Source: Carcharhinus amblyrhynchos (lineage: Eukaryota). Taken from it: a DNA stretch of 64,000 nucleotides. Shown piece after piece: positions 26,085-39,745 of this stretch. The stretch covers positions 42,160,001 to 42,224,000 of the forward strand of contig OZ336878.1 in the NCBI GenBank assembly GCA_965287045.1. The letters are read 5' to 3'. Numbering within the stretch: position 1 is the stretch's first letter; the number at the start of each line of letters is the position of its first letter. Both the position numbers and the translations under genes were made by a program. The notes beneath the pieces were generated by a model that did not search any database, was not told the origin of the DNA, and saw only the letters and a program-made list of their open reading frames with translations.

Positions 26085-29050
26085 GCTAACAACTTTTATA
26101 GCACCTTTAATGTAACAAAAAATACCAAAGCACTTCACAGAAACGTTTAACTTAAAATCTGACAGACAGCAAAAAGGCAATATTGGAACAAATGACCAAT
26201 GACTTGGTCAAAGTGGCACATTTTAAAAAACCTCTTAGTTAGGTAGAAAGAGAGGTTGTGAATTAGTGAGGTTTAAAGAGGGCATTCCAGAGCTTAGAGC
26301 CTAGGTTGCTGAAGGCAGGGCCACCAGCTGTGGAGCAAGTAAAATCAAGGACACTCAAGAGGCCAGAATTAGATGATAGTTATCTCAGTGGGTTGTGGAG
26401 CTGAAGGAGGTAATAGAGGTAGCAAAGGATACGACTTGGAAGAATTTATAAGCAAGGAAGAGAAGTTTAAAATGGAGTTGATGCTTGATCTGGAGCTAAG
26501 AAGGTCAGCATTCACAGGACCAATAGCTGAATGGGATGGTGCAAGTCAGGACATGGGCAGCAGAGTTTTGGATGACCTCAAGTTAATTGAGGGTATTATG
26601 TGCAATGCCAGCCAGGACTCATCAAGTCTGGAAGCAACCAAGGCATGATTTGAGGAGTTCATGAGCAGTTGAGCTGAGGCTGAGGCAAATTTCGGTAATG
26701 TTACGCAGAGGTGAAATAGTGATGCCTGGCTATGTGGTCAGAAGATCATGCCTATAACACCAAGGCTGAAGACAGTTTGCCTTGGCTTCAGACTGTTACC
26801 CATGTGATGATAATATGCTATTTTTATATTTTATATTTCTGTAGAATGTTTTAAGATTCAGTGCTTTGTTTACAGGCAGTTGGAGTGTCTGGAAAACATG
26901 CAGCTCAGATTCTGGACAGGAGGATAATTACTAATTTTAGCCATGTAGTGTTTATTCAGGAGAATAGCCTGTGATAATAAATGGAGAATACCCCTTTGTT
27001 TTTAATTAAAAGAATGGAAGATCATGGAATGCAAGATCATGTGATGTAATTAAAGGGGGGAGCTGAGTTTGTAGCAGAGAAACAGCTTTCTGTTTCAGTT
27101 TAAAGGTCAGTTGATGTCTGGAGTTTTTTAAACACAGAAGTCTGCTCTTCTCCACAAAACAGCTCTGAAAGCTTCAAGGTCGTTAACCTAACTCATAGCA
27201 AGTATATCTATGTTTGCTAACTATATTTAAAGTAGGTTTTAGTTCAGGTTTCTGTTAAGGGCATGATGTCAATGCAATTATCCTAGTTCATGGATGTCCT
27301 TGTTCACAAGTGAATTGTCATTCTTGAGGGAGATTCATGAGGAGAAGTGAGAGCTAATCCACTGTCAGAGTCCCCAGGGCCAGCAGTGGAAGTAAGTGAG
27401 TTGGACAGGAAGTAGATTGGCAAGGTTAATCCCAGCAGGCACAATGGAAGGGAAAGTCAACAAGATAATGTGATGAAGCAATTAGAGTTGCTGCTTACAT
27501 TGAGCCAGTGCCATGTGCATCAACGAACCACTTGAAGGATGCCAAGAAAGATAGAGGAAATTTGGAAGCTTATTTCGCAGGGAGTCAAGCCTGGGACAGT
27601 GGCAAGAGAACAGGAAGGTTAAGGACTAATAAACGATTAGGGCCAGGAATTAGGAGAACAGTGTAAGTGAAAGAGAAGGGAAAGGAGAACCAAATTCAAT
27701 GGCTTCCATTCTCCTAATATTTAATCGGAGGCAATTTCTGCTCTGCCAGTACAGTATAATTTACCAATAGTGAAGGTGTTGAGAGGGGTGATGGTGAGGT
27801 AGGGCTGGATGCCGTCACCTTACACTTAAAAACTAACACCTTTCATCACAGAGTAGTATGTGGATGAGAAACAGCGAGGAACCAAGGATAGATTCTTTGG
27901 AAACACCAAAGGTAACTGTGCAGAATTAGGGAATTAGGGCTGGATAATAAATGCTGGTCTTGCCAACAGCCCATGAATACAGAAGCCATTGTGAGCAATT
28001 CTCTGACTACGATTAAATAACAAAGAATGGAACCGAGCAATTGTAGGCCTACACAGCTGGATGACAAGAAAGGACAGTTTGCCTTCATCACGGTCACGTA
28101 GAGTATCAAATGTGACTTCAATAAGGGCTATTTAGGCTGGGACAGAAACGCAATTGGAGGGATTCAAACATGGAGTTCCAGGGAAGATTAGCATGGATTT
28201 GGGAAGCAACAATATATTCAAGGACTTCGAAGAGAAAGGGAGGTTGAGAGTAGCAGTGGTTTGCAAAGATGATGGAGACAAGTAGTGTGTTTTTTGAGGA
28301 GAGGGATAATGACAGCAGACATAAATGAAAGAGGTACAGAACCTCAGAGAGAGAGATGGAAGCAGAAAGTGAGGAGGATGATCATTAAGAAATTTCCATC
28401 TTCTAATTGTTGGAAAGCAACGGGTCACTGTAAATGTCTTAACTGATTATATATTTGTCATCTGGGTATGCACTATACACAAATGTTGATGAATATCAAA
28501 GGAGCATAATACTTAAACATCAGGGAAGAATGGCACTTTGTAAGGATAGAGGAGTCAAGTGTGTTTTTTTCTCCACAAAGGAGATGGAGATATTTTTTAA
28601 ATTGGGGATAAAAGTGAGTTCTTCACAATTTCAGTTAGTATGGAACCAGGAAGGAAAGTTAGATGGTCAGTAGGTTAAATGAAAATAAGGTCAGGAGAAT
28701 AGAAGGTGACGAAGTAACAAGATAACAGAAGCTGCAAAAAAAATGAGGGCAGACATAGTCTCAGGATTAAAGCAGGTAAATCTTGGGGATGCTTAGCTGG
28801 CAGACAAGGAGAAAGGAAGAAATGAGTTGAAGCTGGCAATTACAGTCTCAGCCTTAGTGACAAATCCATGAATTCCTCATACTTGTTGGATGTAATGTTG
28901 GAGGGATGAAGAGGGATTCAGAAGATAGCTTGGTAGTGAAAGAAAGAAGCTAGGGATCTCTTTATATTTCAGCATGATTCTGGATTTGAGAGTGTTTTTA
29001 GCAGAGGAAGGTGAAGCCAGAGGAAGCTGCCAGAAGAGTAAACCACCTTT
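26085..29050 (-). mobile_element. L2 LINE remnant with an LTR-like insert at about 26803-27290
   Basis: L2-type 3' end (ttatagcacctttaatgtaac..aaagcacttcacag); decayed QRIYPWFLAV (cf. QGSILGP) region; purine-rich plus strand. Confidence 0.65.
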
Positions 29051-29187
29051 AGCAGAGAAGAAGCCATCTAGTCAGCTTCCCCTTTTTGTATTTCTAGTAA
29101 TTCTGAATTCCATTTGTTGAGACGAGTTCCTTCTGGCAAAACTTTAAGACCTCTTTTTCCAATATCTGAATCAGTAACGTTTCCCAA

Positions 29188-29413
29188 AATTTGATTTAAT
29201 TTACTATTGTATAGGGATACAGTAAAAAGCATTGTTTCTTGTGCATTATACAGATAAAACATACCATTTATAGAGTACATAAGGGAGAAAGAAAGGAGAA
29301 GGTGCAGAATATAGTGTACAGACATAGCTAGGGTGCAGAAAAAGATCAGCTTAATATATGGTCAGTCCATTCAAAGGTCTGATGGCAGCAGGGAAAAAGC
29401 TGTTCTTGAGTCA
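29188..29413 (-). mobile_element. Rex1/Babar-type LINE 3' end
   Basis: Matches 47058-47260; RLKNSFFPAAIR motif and aaatcaaa tail. Confidence 0.75.
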
Positions 29414-31005
29414 GTTAACCTAGGCAGTTTAAAAACCTGTTCCTCCATTTCTTATCTTTTTTGTTGTCCAACATGGCAAAGTGCCTCTGAAAAGCTCTGT
29501 TGAACTGGTATGTTATAAATCTTATTTTTAACAACATCTTACACAGCCAGAATTAACCTGGAGTATTATACAGCTTACTACCACTGCTATTTGCTTGGAG
29601 ATGCATTTTGTTCAATTTTATATAAGATTAATAGTCTTTTTTTATCGTCAGGAGGTTAAGTTTTATTATGCACTGTACAGTTAATAGTACAAATCTTGCA
29701 ATAACTGCATACGTTTTAAATTAAAGATGGATTGAGAAGGAACAACCCAATCATCATGTGGTTGCACCACCAGCTTACCAACCAGATGGTCACAAATTCA
29801 AGACTTGGCGCTGCCTGTCATTTCAGTCTAGCAGCTACAGCTGGGATGAGTTTGATCAGCCATAACTAGGCTGTAGAATGGACGAACTACTATTTCACTT
29901 TGAAAAACCCATCTACCAGCTCAATACCTGTTGGCTGACCACAGAACAGGCTTCCCCTTGTGCTATTAACAACGTTAGTGTGAAGGTCATGCTGAGACAA
30001 CAGGAACTAAAATATTGGAAGAAAATAGTGTTGAGAATCTTGTCAATAATTTAGACTTCATTGTTGAACTGATTAAATTATTCTGAAGTGTCAGGTTTTA
30101 GGGATAGGTTGTTCAACTGATTTCAGCCTGGTCACATGGTTACCCAAGACACATTTCCATCAAGTGCATCAAGGCATATCTCCACTAAAGGGGTGAGGTA
30201 GGGCAAACAGATCTAAAGCTCTCTGGATACTGGAGGAGACAGAGATTAAAAAGAATAAAAAGTATACTTATGATAGATAGCATGTGGATTATGCAACTGA
30301 GAATCGACTGCATATAGAACTCATCAGTTCACAAGCCAACCTAAGCGATGGAAGCATGGGGACTGATGTCCTCGCGTGAGGGGGAACAGCTATCGCCAAA
30401 TTCACCCTTGCATAAGTTCACAAAAATAGCTGCCTTAACGAATCTAGCAGGGGAAGTAGTATTCCTTTACTGGTAGTGAAAGCATTGCAGCACAGCTCCA
30501 TGACAGCTGTAAAGTTTATTGGCATAGGCACAGAAATTGCCACAGACCATACACTGCAGTCAACCACATCTCCAGTCGTCTTGACTTGTCAAATCACTGG
30601 AAACAGACGTGCAAGATCAGGAGAGTGGGACTGGCCAAGCACAATCCATCTCCACTATAATCAACTCACATGCAGGCACTTCTGAGAAGCAAGCTGTATC
30701 AATTCCTTCACACAAATCCCATCATGTTCCAAAATGCACTTGATTATTATTCATCCTAATATGACAGTATATTGCAGGCAAGACAAAAGAAGAAATGGGG
30801 ACTCTATTTAGATTCTTGGAATGAACAAGCTCTACCTGATAAAGACAAGAGCTACCTACCCCAGCACAGAACTGCTCTGGTTGGCAGGGAGTTATCATGA
30901 TACAACATTGACAGTGCTGCTTTAAGTAAAACACTGAGAAGAGGGCCAGCTAACAGAGCTATCAGCAGGCTATATATTCTTCCGAATAGGCAACCAGAAA
31001 ATGAG

Positions 31006-31863
31006 AACATAAGAACATAAGAAATAGGAGCAGGAGTAGGCCATCTAGCCCTTTGAGCCTGCCCCACCATTCAATAAGATCATGGCTGATCTGAAGTGGA
31101 TTAGTTCCACTTTCCCGCTTTCTCCCCATAACCCTTAATTCCCTTGTCTATCAAAAACCTATCTACCCGTGACTTAAATATATTTAGCGAGGCAGCCTCC
31201 ACCACTTCAGCGGGCAGAGAATTCCAGAGATTCACCACCCTTTGAGTGAAGAAGTTCCTCCTCAACTCTGGTCTAAACTGCACCCCCCTCATCTTGAGGC
31301 TGTGCCCTCTAGTCCTGCTATCCTTTCTAAGCGGGGAGAATCTCTCTACCTCTACCCTATCCATCCCTTTCATTATCTTATACGTCTCTATAAGATCCCC
31401 CCTCATCCTGCTAAACTCCAACGAGTACAGACCCAGTCTATTTAGTCTCTCTTCATAGTCCAACCCCCTCATCTCTGGTGTCAGCCTAGTGAACCTCCTC
31501 TGCACTCCCTCCAAGGCCAATATATCCTTGCACAAGTGTGGTGACCAAAACTGCACACAGTACTCCAGCTGCGGCCTCACCAGTACTCTGTACAGTTGCA
31601 GCAAGACCTCCCTACTTTTATATTCTATCCCCCTCGCTATAAAGGCCAGCATTCCATTCACCTTCTTGATTACCTGCAGACTGGGTTTTTGCGACTCGTG
31701 CACAAGGACCTCCAGGTCCCTCTGCACCGTAGCATGCTGCAGCTTTTCACCCTTTAAATAGTAATCCCTCCTACTATTATTTCTGCCAAAGTGGATAACC
31801 TCACACTTGCTAACATTATACTCCTCTGCCAGGTCCTCGCCCACTCGCTTAGCCTATCCAGAT
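31006..31863 (-). mobile_element. Young CR1, 5'-truncated
   Basis: 247-aa open RT C-terminal ORF (31101-31844), 3'UTR and (ttcttatg)n tail; 3-codon deletion relative to the 49136 copy. Confidence 0.95.
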
Positions 31864-32119
31864 CCCAGAATTTACAGCCAGTGTCATCTTTGCTATCTAA
31901 CATTACAACTAGTCTGGACACTTTCCCTGTGGGAATAAACAATCGTCCCATGACTCTATGGCTATCTCTTGTGAACAACAAACATACAAGAAATATCATT
32001 GCAGAAGCTAATAATGACTGGTTCTGAGGATATGAAGGGCAAATTCTACGGAGACCGAGGCAAATGCTCCACAAGAAGACAAGCTCATTGTGATGGGGGA
32101 CTTCCATGCAAGAGTAAGA

Positions 32120-32387
32120 CTACTTGGCTCATCGAGTCCGCTCCGCCATTCAACCATGGCTGATATTTTTCTTATCCCCATTCTCCTGCCTTTTCCCCAT
32201 AATCCCTGAACCCCTTATTAATCAAGAACCTATGTGTCTCTGTCTTAAAGACACTCAATGACTTGGTCTCCACAGCCTTCTGCGGCAAAGAGTTCCAAAG
32301 GTTCACCACTCTTTGGCTGAAGAAATTCCTCCTCATCTCTGTTTTAAAGGATCATCTTTTCAGCCTGAGGTTATGCCCTCTGGTTCT
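32120..32387 (-). mobile_element. CR1 3' fragment flanked by AGTAAGA direct repeats
   Basis: agtaaga at 32113-32119 and 32388-32394; RRNFFSQRVVNLWNSLPQ. Confidence 0.85.
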
Positions 32388-33233
32388 AGTAAGAGCTGAC
32401 TATGAGGCTTGGGATACTACCCTGGGGATTGAAGGTGCGGGAAAATACAGCAGCAGTGGCAGGCTTCTCCCACGCCTTTGCGCCCACTGGATTATGTTAG
32501 TTGCCAACACCAACTTTAAACAGAAGACAAAGTACAAAAAAATTGGATGCACCCAAGATTTAAACACTAACATCAAACATCACTTGGCAGAGCAACATAA
32601 AAGATGTTATGATCACGAGTGTTACGAGAGGAGCAAGATCACTGCAGGTGACAAGATCCAACATCCCAAGATGAAATCTACTAACTCAACAGAAAGAAGA
32701 CCAACATGTACGAGATCCCCAGCAACTTGAAGAGACTAACACCCACAGCATGTTGCAAATAATTCAGGCTTCAACTTAAAGAACTGCTCTCCTTCAAAGA
32801 AAAGTCAAGTAATGATGATGAAGTGGTGTGCTCAACTATCAGTAGCTCTGGAAGCTGCCAATGATGTCCTGAGTATACATAAAATAAATCACTGAAATTG
32901 GTTTGATAAAAACAGTGATCCAGTTGAAGAACTCCTGTGGTAGAAAATTGCAGCACTTGCAGCATGGCTTGGAAACAAAGATACAGCTGGTGCTACAAAG
33001 TTACTCCAGAAGAGCAAAAGGAACCTGCAACAGAAGCTGCATTCTATACAAGGTGTATGATGGCCAACCAAGTCAGATAGTTTCAGGTTTACTGATCAGC
33101 ACATCATGAAGAATTGCTATAACACCCTGAAGATTTGTATAGTGAATCCTCACATGGCTACTCTCAGCACTGATGGATGGGTGGACTGTTATCAAAAAGC
33201 AGTGGGCTGAGCATTTTAGAAGTGTGCCTCAAG

Positions 33234-34065
33234 AGAGGCAGCGATATAGTGGTATTACCACCGAATTGGTATTCCAGAGACCCAGAATAATGCCAGGTTC
33301 GAATCCCAATGTGGCAAATGGTGAAATTTGAATTCAATAAAAATTAAAAGTCTGATGGTGATTGTCAATTGTCGTAAAAATCCATCTGGTTCATTAATAT
33401 CCTTTAGGGAAGAAAATCTGCTACCTTTACTTGGTCTGATGTGTATTTGACTATTGACCCACAGCAATATGGGGATCTCTCAAATGCCCTGGTAAACCAC
33501 AGTAGAATCAAATTGCTTATGAAGTCTATAAGGAATGAAATCTATAAGGAATGAACCACTTGTCATTAACAGCCACATCAACTGTACAAAGTCCTCCTTA
33601 CTAACATCTGGAGACTTGTGCCGAAATTGGGAGAGTTGTCCCACAGACTGGTCAAGCTTGACAGAGTCATCCTCACATACATAGAATCAAAGAATCCCTA
33701 CAGTACAGAAGGAGGCCATTAGGCCCATTGAATCTGTACCGACCACATCTCACCCAGATCCTATTCCCGTAACCTCACATATCCACTCTGCTAATCCTCC
33801 TGACATTAGGGTCAATTTACTAGGGCCAATCAACCTCACCTGCACATCTTTGGACTGTGGGAGGAAACCGAAGCACCTGGAGGAAACCCACACAGACGCG
33901 GGGAGAAAGTGTAAACTCCACACGGACAGTGACCGAGGCCAGAATAGAATCTGGGTCCCTGGTGCTGAGAGGCAGCAGTACTAAACACTGTGCCATTGTG
34001 TTGCCCTTACATAATGTCACTTATCACCATTTCCCAGGTCTCTCCTGTCAGTGGGGCAGCAGAGG
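33234..34065 (+). mobile_element. 5' end of tRNA-headed LINE, split by a SINE at 33680-34007
   Basis: B box GGTTCGAATCCC at 33296-33307, then LLTNIWRLVPKLGELSHRLVK at about 33595; homologous to 57670-58104 on the minus strand. Confidence 0.7.
33680..34007 (-). mobile_element. Full-length HE1-like V-SINE
   Basis: tRNA-like head, V-core, CR1-type tail aatggcctccttctgtactgtagggattctttgattctatg. Confidence 0.9.
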
Positions 34066-36817
34066 TTGCTCAAAGTGGTAAGGGTTAATGTGCGGGACTG
34101 GATAAACAACCACATACATAATGACAGTGACAGCAACACATGTTGAAGAATCAAGATGGAGAATGCTTGAGGCTTGTACTGAGTAACACCAGTAATCTAT
34201 GATCTGTATATAGTTATAGCTGTTATTCAAACACATTCTTCCTTAGCCAGTCACAGTTACCATACAACATGATGGTAGCAATAAAGGACCCTGAAATCTC
34301 CAAAAATGAACTTTAACAAAGTAACTGTGAAGAACCCCAAAATCACTGAAAATCAATTTCTTAAAAAGAAATTTGCAAGTCTGATCTAAAAAAAAGTGCC
34401 AAAACTGAAAACCTTGGCAAGATATTTGAAAGCCTCCAAAAGAGCTCCACAGAAGACATGGAGGCATAGAGACACATAAAAATTAACTGTTTAGTTTAAT
34501 AACGCCTACGCATAGCAAACAGCGGTCCACGAAAATGTCCCGATCCAGCAGTTGTGTCAAGAACCTAGCGACAATCATGGAATAGTGAGCAAACCTTGAA
34601 AATGGCTCAAAATCTTCAAATTAACTATGCAGTAAGCAGATAGCACTGAGCAAATTCCATTTTTAGTTCATGCAGGTTCAAGGTCGATGCCATCACACAT
34701 GATGACTGTGAGTCAGCAATTGAAAAAAAAAATTGGCTGCTCAGTCATGATTCCCCAGCAGGAGGAATTTAATAATTACTTCCAATGATTAGTTTAAAAT
34801 CCCTACAAAGTTTAGGAACAATTTCCAAAAAGCTTTAGTGACCGCAACAGGTCTCAGTGAAAGGCCGAACAGTGCAGGAAAACTTAATTACTGCAATGGA
34901 AGTTTAAAAATTCCAAGCAGACCTAAAAGCTTAAAACAGCTATGAATTCCAAATCCATTTTGCCAGACTGATTTGGGCTGATGGAAGGGGCAGATCAAGC
35001 ACAATGGAGGAGAGCGTGTTCCACTATTTGGTGTCGAATGATGCTGGACTGTTGGAAAACATCCATTCAATATTTAGGTCACATTGTGAATAGCATAGTT
35101 GTGCTGGTGGACCTACAAAAAACTAGTGCAATCAGTGAATTTCCAACTACATCATCTATTCCAGATCTTCAATGATTCCCTGGTGAGGCAAATTCATTGG
35201 CAAAAGTCCAGCCAAGCTCAGTGCTAATCATAGAGCCATGAGACACTTATAGCAGAAGGCTCAAGCATGGAGTTGGAATGTACATCAAGAACATGCATTC
35301 CAACAGATTAAAGACATGCTGCTCTCACCAGATATCCTAGCTCACTATGACCCATTCCTGCCAACCACACTCAAAGCTAATGCCTCATCTACAGGACTAG
35401 GGAAGTCCTGTTTCATAAGCAACCAAATGAGTGCCATAGACAAATCAGCTACACATCTCTGGCATTATTTGACACAGAAATGAGGTATATGGTCATAGAG
35501 AAAGAGGCTCTCACAGTCACAAGGGCTTGTGAGAAATTCTCCAATGACATCATTGGGCCAAAAATAGTCATCAAGAATGACCATAATCTATTCTTCTAAT
35601 TACTGAATGACAAGCAGCTTGCCAGAATGCCCCAAAGAATCTAAAGATTCTGTTTGCAGCTAATGCGCTTCACTTACAAGTCAGTGTATTACCAGGACAA
35701 AGTACAAATCTCTGCGGGCACATCTTGCAACACAGATTGCTAATTTTGTCAACGAGACATTGTTCTATCCCCAGTTCATGGCAGCACAATTGCCAGCGGA
35801 CTTAAAAAAGCTACAACAAACATGCCAAGAGCAGATGCAGGATGAGGACTACATCTGTATTAATCAATACTGCATGCAAGGTTGGCCACAGTAATGTCCT
35901 GGATGAATGGTAATGAAAATATGCTTGGAACAAAAGAAAACTTTACCATCATTAATGACCTGTTGGTGGATAATGATCAAGTAGTACTTCACTTCAGCTA
36001 GAGATTCGGGGAAGAATCTACCAGGGCCACATGGACATCACAAAATGCAGAGCAAGAGCTCAGTTATGATGGCTGCGAATATCGAGGTCGACAGAAGAAA
36101 TGACTTCACATCGAGCCTTTACCCCCACTCAATTCCTTATGTATAATCCTTCCTTTCATTGTCAGTGCTTCTCCAGGTGGATCAAGGTGAAACATTTATA
36201 AACCACAACCACGGAGTCAGTGATTAAGTCACTGAAAGAAATCTTGCAGTACATAGCATTGTAGATCAGGTGTTGTTCAACAATGATCTGCAATTCACTA
36301 CTTCACCCATTTTGCCAAGAACTACGGATTACTACATCTCACCAATTCCGCAAGATATCTCCAAATCTAGAGTATAGCAGAAAGGAGCATACTGTAACTT
36401 TGACTGAACGCCAATCAAGTCCAACCTAAGTCTAGAGGAGACTACCGATTTTCCAAATCTAAAAAGAACACAATCAGAGAAAGTCATGAAACCCCCAGAT
36501 GGATTAAACCAATGAAGTCAAAGACTTGGGGGAAGACAGGATATGTAAAATATATCTGGACAAAAACTATTCGGGGCAGGTGGGGGATTGCGGAGTTAGT
36601 GTGAAAGGCTTAATGCATGGGACTGGAAAAACAATATCACCCTCAAGATGATGCAAGAGATAAACACATGACTAAGAGATGAGAAGCATTCATGTGACTT
36701 AGAGTAAGTAACACCTATAGTCTCAAATATCTGTTACGTACCTTCAATAAACCAGTTATTATTCTGACATACCAACGTCTCTGCAATCCTTCTTTCGTGA
36801 GTCACAACCAATTAACA
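34066..36817 (+). mobile_element. Decayed Gypsy provirus with both LTRs (about 34066-34269 and 36589-36817)
   Basis: LTRs share a gg-ttaatg..gggactgga-aaacaa..agtaacacc..agtcaca pattern; PBS-like tggtagca at 34273; SIQYLGHIV, LAHYDP..ANASSTGLG, IEKEAL, QGHMDITKC. Confidence 0.8.
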
Positions 36818-37456
36818 GCACTGGTGATACTTACCCTCCTATGAGACAAGGCCTAAGCCAAAAATATTAAACAGCCGGACAGGTTCAACATGAGAAATGC
36901 TCAGGACGCACAGGTATCAAATAGGAGGACTAAGTGCCCAACATTAGCATTCACCATCAGAGCCCAGCTCAGATGGAATGGAAATTCCACTGCTGACAAA
37001 TGAAATCCTTAAGACAATCATGTATTCACAACTTAAACCTGAACATCATCTGTGAGGTAGCCAAGATTAAGATTCAAAGACTCCTTGAAGACAAACCTCA
37101 TAAAATGTGGCATGTCCACCACACGTTGGGAGAAAAATATGCCAGAAAAAGCTACATGGGGAGAAATCTCAAGGAATGGTGCTTTTTCCCTTGAACAGCA
37201 AAGAATAAGGACAGCAAAGGACAAAAGGCAAGTTAGAAAGACTGGGCATTCCCAACAAAATTAAACAATTCATCCACACTGCACTGTTGAAACTATGCGG
37301 GTCTATGAGCAGGCCCCACAGCCACATTAGAATACACAACACATGACTCCATGCACACGAAAATGTCTATCTTCAATAACCAATTCAAACCAACACTGAA
37401 TTAAACTTATAACTACGCAGCTAATAAGTGATGCAATCCAACATCTACCACATCAT

Positions 37457-37536
37457 AAAAGCAAATTACTGCAGATGCTGGAATCCGAAACCAAGAGAAA
37501 ATGCTGGAAGATCTCAGCAGGTCGGGCAGCATCTAT
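37457..37536 (+). repeat. Short interspersed repeat (aaaagcaaattactgcagatgctgg..); related pieces at about 55570-55615 and 59110-59180
   Basis: Recurs within the window in both orientations. Confidence 0.55.
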
Positions 37537-39471
37537 AAGGGATGTGTACCACATTATGATCCCTCCGGTACTATGAGCTCACTACCTTCTTTGGATGGCA
37601 GTCCTTATAAAGTCAAGCACTTCAGATATGAAAATACACTGTTTTCTTTCAAAAGGAAACTGGCAACATATGCAAAGGATTAAATTCATTCTCGAGTAAA
37701 GGAATAAAGATATGGTGGCTCAACATTTAACAAACTATTGCATGATATTCTAAGTTTTCCCACAGCTCAGCAGCTTAGAATTAAATCAAGTTAATATCCT
37801 TCAATCCTAACCAGTTTTACATAATAAATCACTCAATATTTAAAACAAACTTTGCCATGGTCTTGCTTAAGTTTAGACAGCAAAAGCATTTGTGATTATG
37901 TGCAATGATGTAGAGAAATATGCCCAAATGACTTCAGAGAAAAGACAAAACTATATTGCTCCTCTGTTTTTGCTATCTTTAGGTTGTCTTTAATCCTCCT
38001 CATGCTACATCATTACCCAATGCCAATTCCATGCTGAACTAACTTACAAGTCAATTCGCCTTGTGATTTAACTTTCTATTCAAAACTACAGCTTGGTCTA
38101 CACCTTAGTTAGGTAACTGGACTGAGAACAGAATCATCACACAATAATCACAAAAATACCCTTTAAACTGAAAGCGATTAAATCATTAGAGATACAGTTT
38201 AAAAAACATTACAAACATAACCAGTGATCTTTCTCCTGGTCAACTCAGTCCAGACAATATGCAGATTTGACTGATGGTATCTGTACACTCGAACAAAGCT
38301 ACTTTAGACTCTTGCTGAAAGTGAAAAACCGAAACAATTTTTCAAGATTGAGACTTATTGAAACCACAATAAGGGTATTACATGCACCTCCTTTCCAACA
38401 ATAGAGTACGAGCTTGAAATTCATTACAAGTCATGCAATTCTGCTGCCTCTTTTTAGTATCATTATGGCATATTTTTCATGTTTGCAATCCCAAACACAA
38501 ATGGCTCACAGTCAATAGATGTGAACTCACCAACAAGCTGCTCAAGCAGCTGAATTTGCTAAATGTGTCACGAGTGTGTCCATCCTGTCAATGCTACCAC
38601 AACCTTCCTCACTTGAATACTGGCAGACCCAAGCACTGCCTTTCAATGGACCAGGACTCAATCCACAGACTTTGTGGACTGCAGGTGCATGGCAAACCTA
38701 CCCAGATCATGGGAACTCCTCTTCTTTACTCTTCCCATACAAGAACACTCATTCTCCAGTGCTACAACAAACTCCATCTGTGGTTCCTGAATTCTGATTA
38801 GCTCCCTTTTCCAACTATTCAGGCTCTCTCACAATTCATTCCTGACCCAGGGCTATTCCAAAAATTCCCATATCTTAAAATCAAGTGCCTTCCCAAGTTC
38901 ACCCACTCCTATGGTCTTGCATCACAGATTCCAACACCAATTTGATGCTTGTACACTTCACAACTACCCACTTGTTGGGACTCCTAGAGACAATGCTTTG
39001 CACATCCAGCTGCATTAGGACTAAATGACTTTCTTTTTCATCAAGCTCAGTTACATTGTGGGTAATTGCTGATTAGTTTTAATACAAACTACAGGAAGCC
39101 CAATGGCTCCCAACATTAAAAATCTCATGCACATTGTTGGGAGTGAAAAAAACACTCAGAAGAATACCCCAGAATGGGTCAAAAATCTGCTTGAGGACCC
39201 GGGAGCCAAAAAATTAGAATAGCAAATAAACAGGAGGCTGTTTTAAAAAGAAGCATAACAGCACAAAGAAATAATCCTTTATATATGAATATTTACTTTA
39301 ATTATCTCAGATTGAGTTAAGTATTCATGGCAATTATATTTCTTCATCATAGAGAAAAATTCACTTATTTTCACCTATCCCACCACTGTCCTTCAGATTC
39401 AGAAGGTAGGGATCCTAAAATTCAAGATTCAACACAAAGGAGGGGCAGACTGTGATTGACCTGGACAGTAA

Positions 39472-39745
39472 TAAGACCATAAGACATAAAAGTGGAAGTA
39501 AGTCATTCAGCCTATCAAATTTGCTCAGCCACTATTCAATGAGATCATGACTGATCTGATATGATAATCCTCAACTTCACTTTCCTGCAGTATCCCATTG
39601 CCCTCGATTCCTTTGCTGATTTAAAATCTGTCTTGCTCAGCCCTGAACACACTTAACGACCCAGCCTCTACAGCCAAGAATTCCATAGATTCACTATCCT
39701 CAGAGAAAAGAAATTCTTCCTCATCTCTACCTTAAATGGGTGACC
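39472..39745 (-). mobile_element. CR1 3' fragment
   Basis: taagaccataagacataa tail, 3'UTR and RKNFFSLRIVNLWNS. Confidence 0.8.

Larger units (their letters stand above)
30360..37400 (+). mobile_element. RTE LINE remnant split by nested insertions
   Basis: RTALVGRELS*YNIDSAAL; PVGINNRPMTL; KLIVMGDFHARV|RADYEAW; NTNFKQK; C-terminal IMYSQLK..RLRFKDSLK at about 37010-37100. Confidence 0.75.

Noticed and set aside
31242-31761. Antisense ORFs over young CR1 copies (also 49381-49905)
   Set aside because: Shadow frames of the GC-richer CR1 ORF2.
32263-32730. 155-aa ORF
   Set aside because: Chance fusion of antisense CR1 and decayed RTE endonuclease sequence.
33234-33320. tRNA gene (also 33930-34007, 44950-45014, 48880-48950)
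   Set aside because: The A/B boxes belong to SINE or LINE heads; no cloverleaf.
33526-33556. Short tandem duplications (also 23360-23400, 60622-60640, 44790-44865)
   Set aside because: Ordinary slippage events or SINE-internal repeats.
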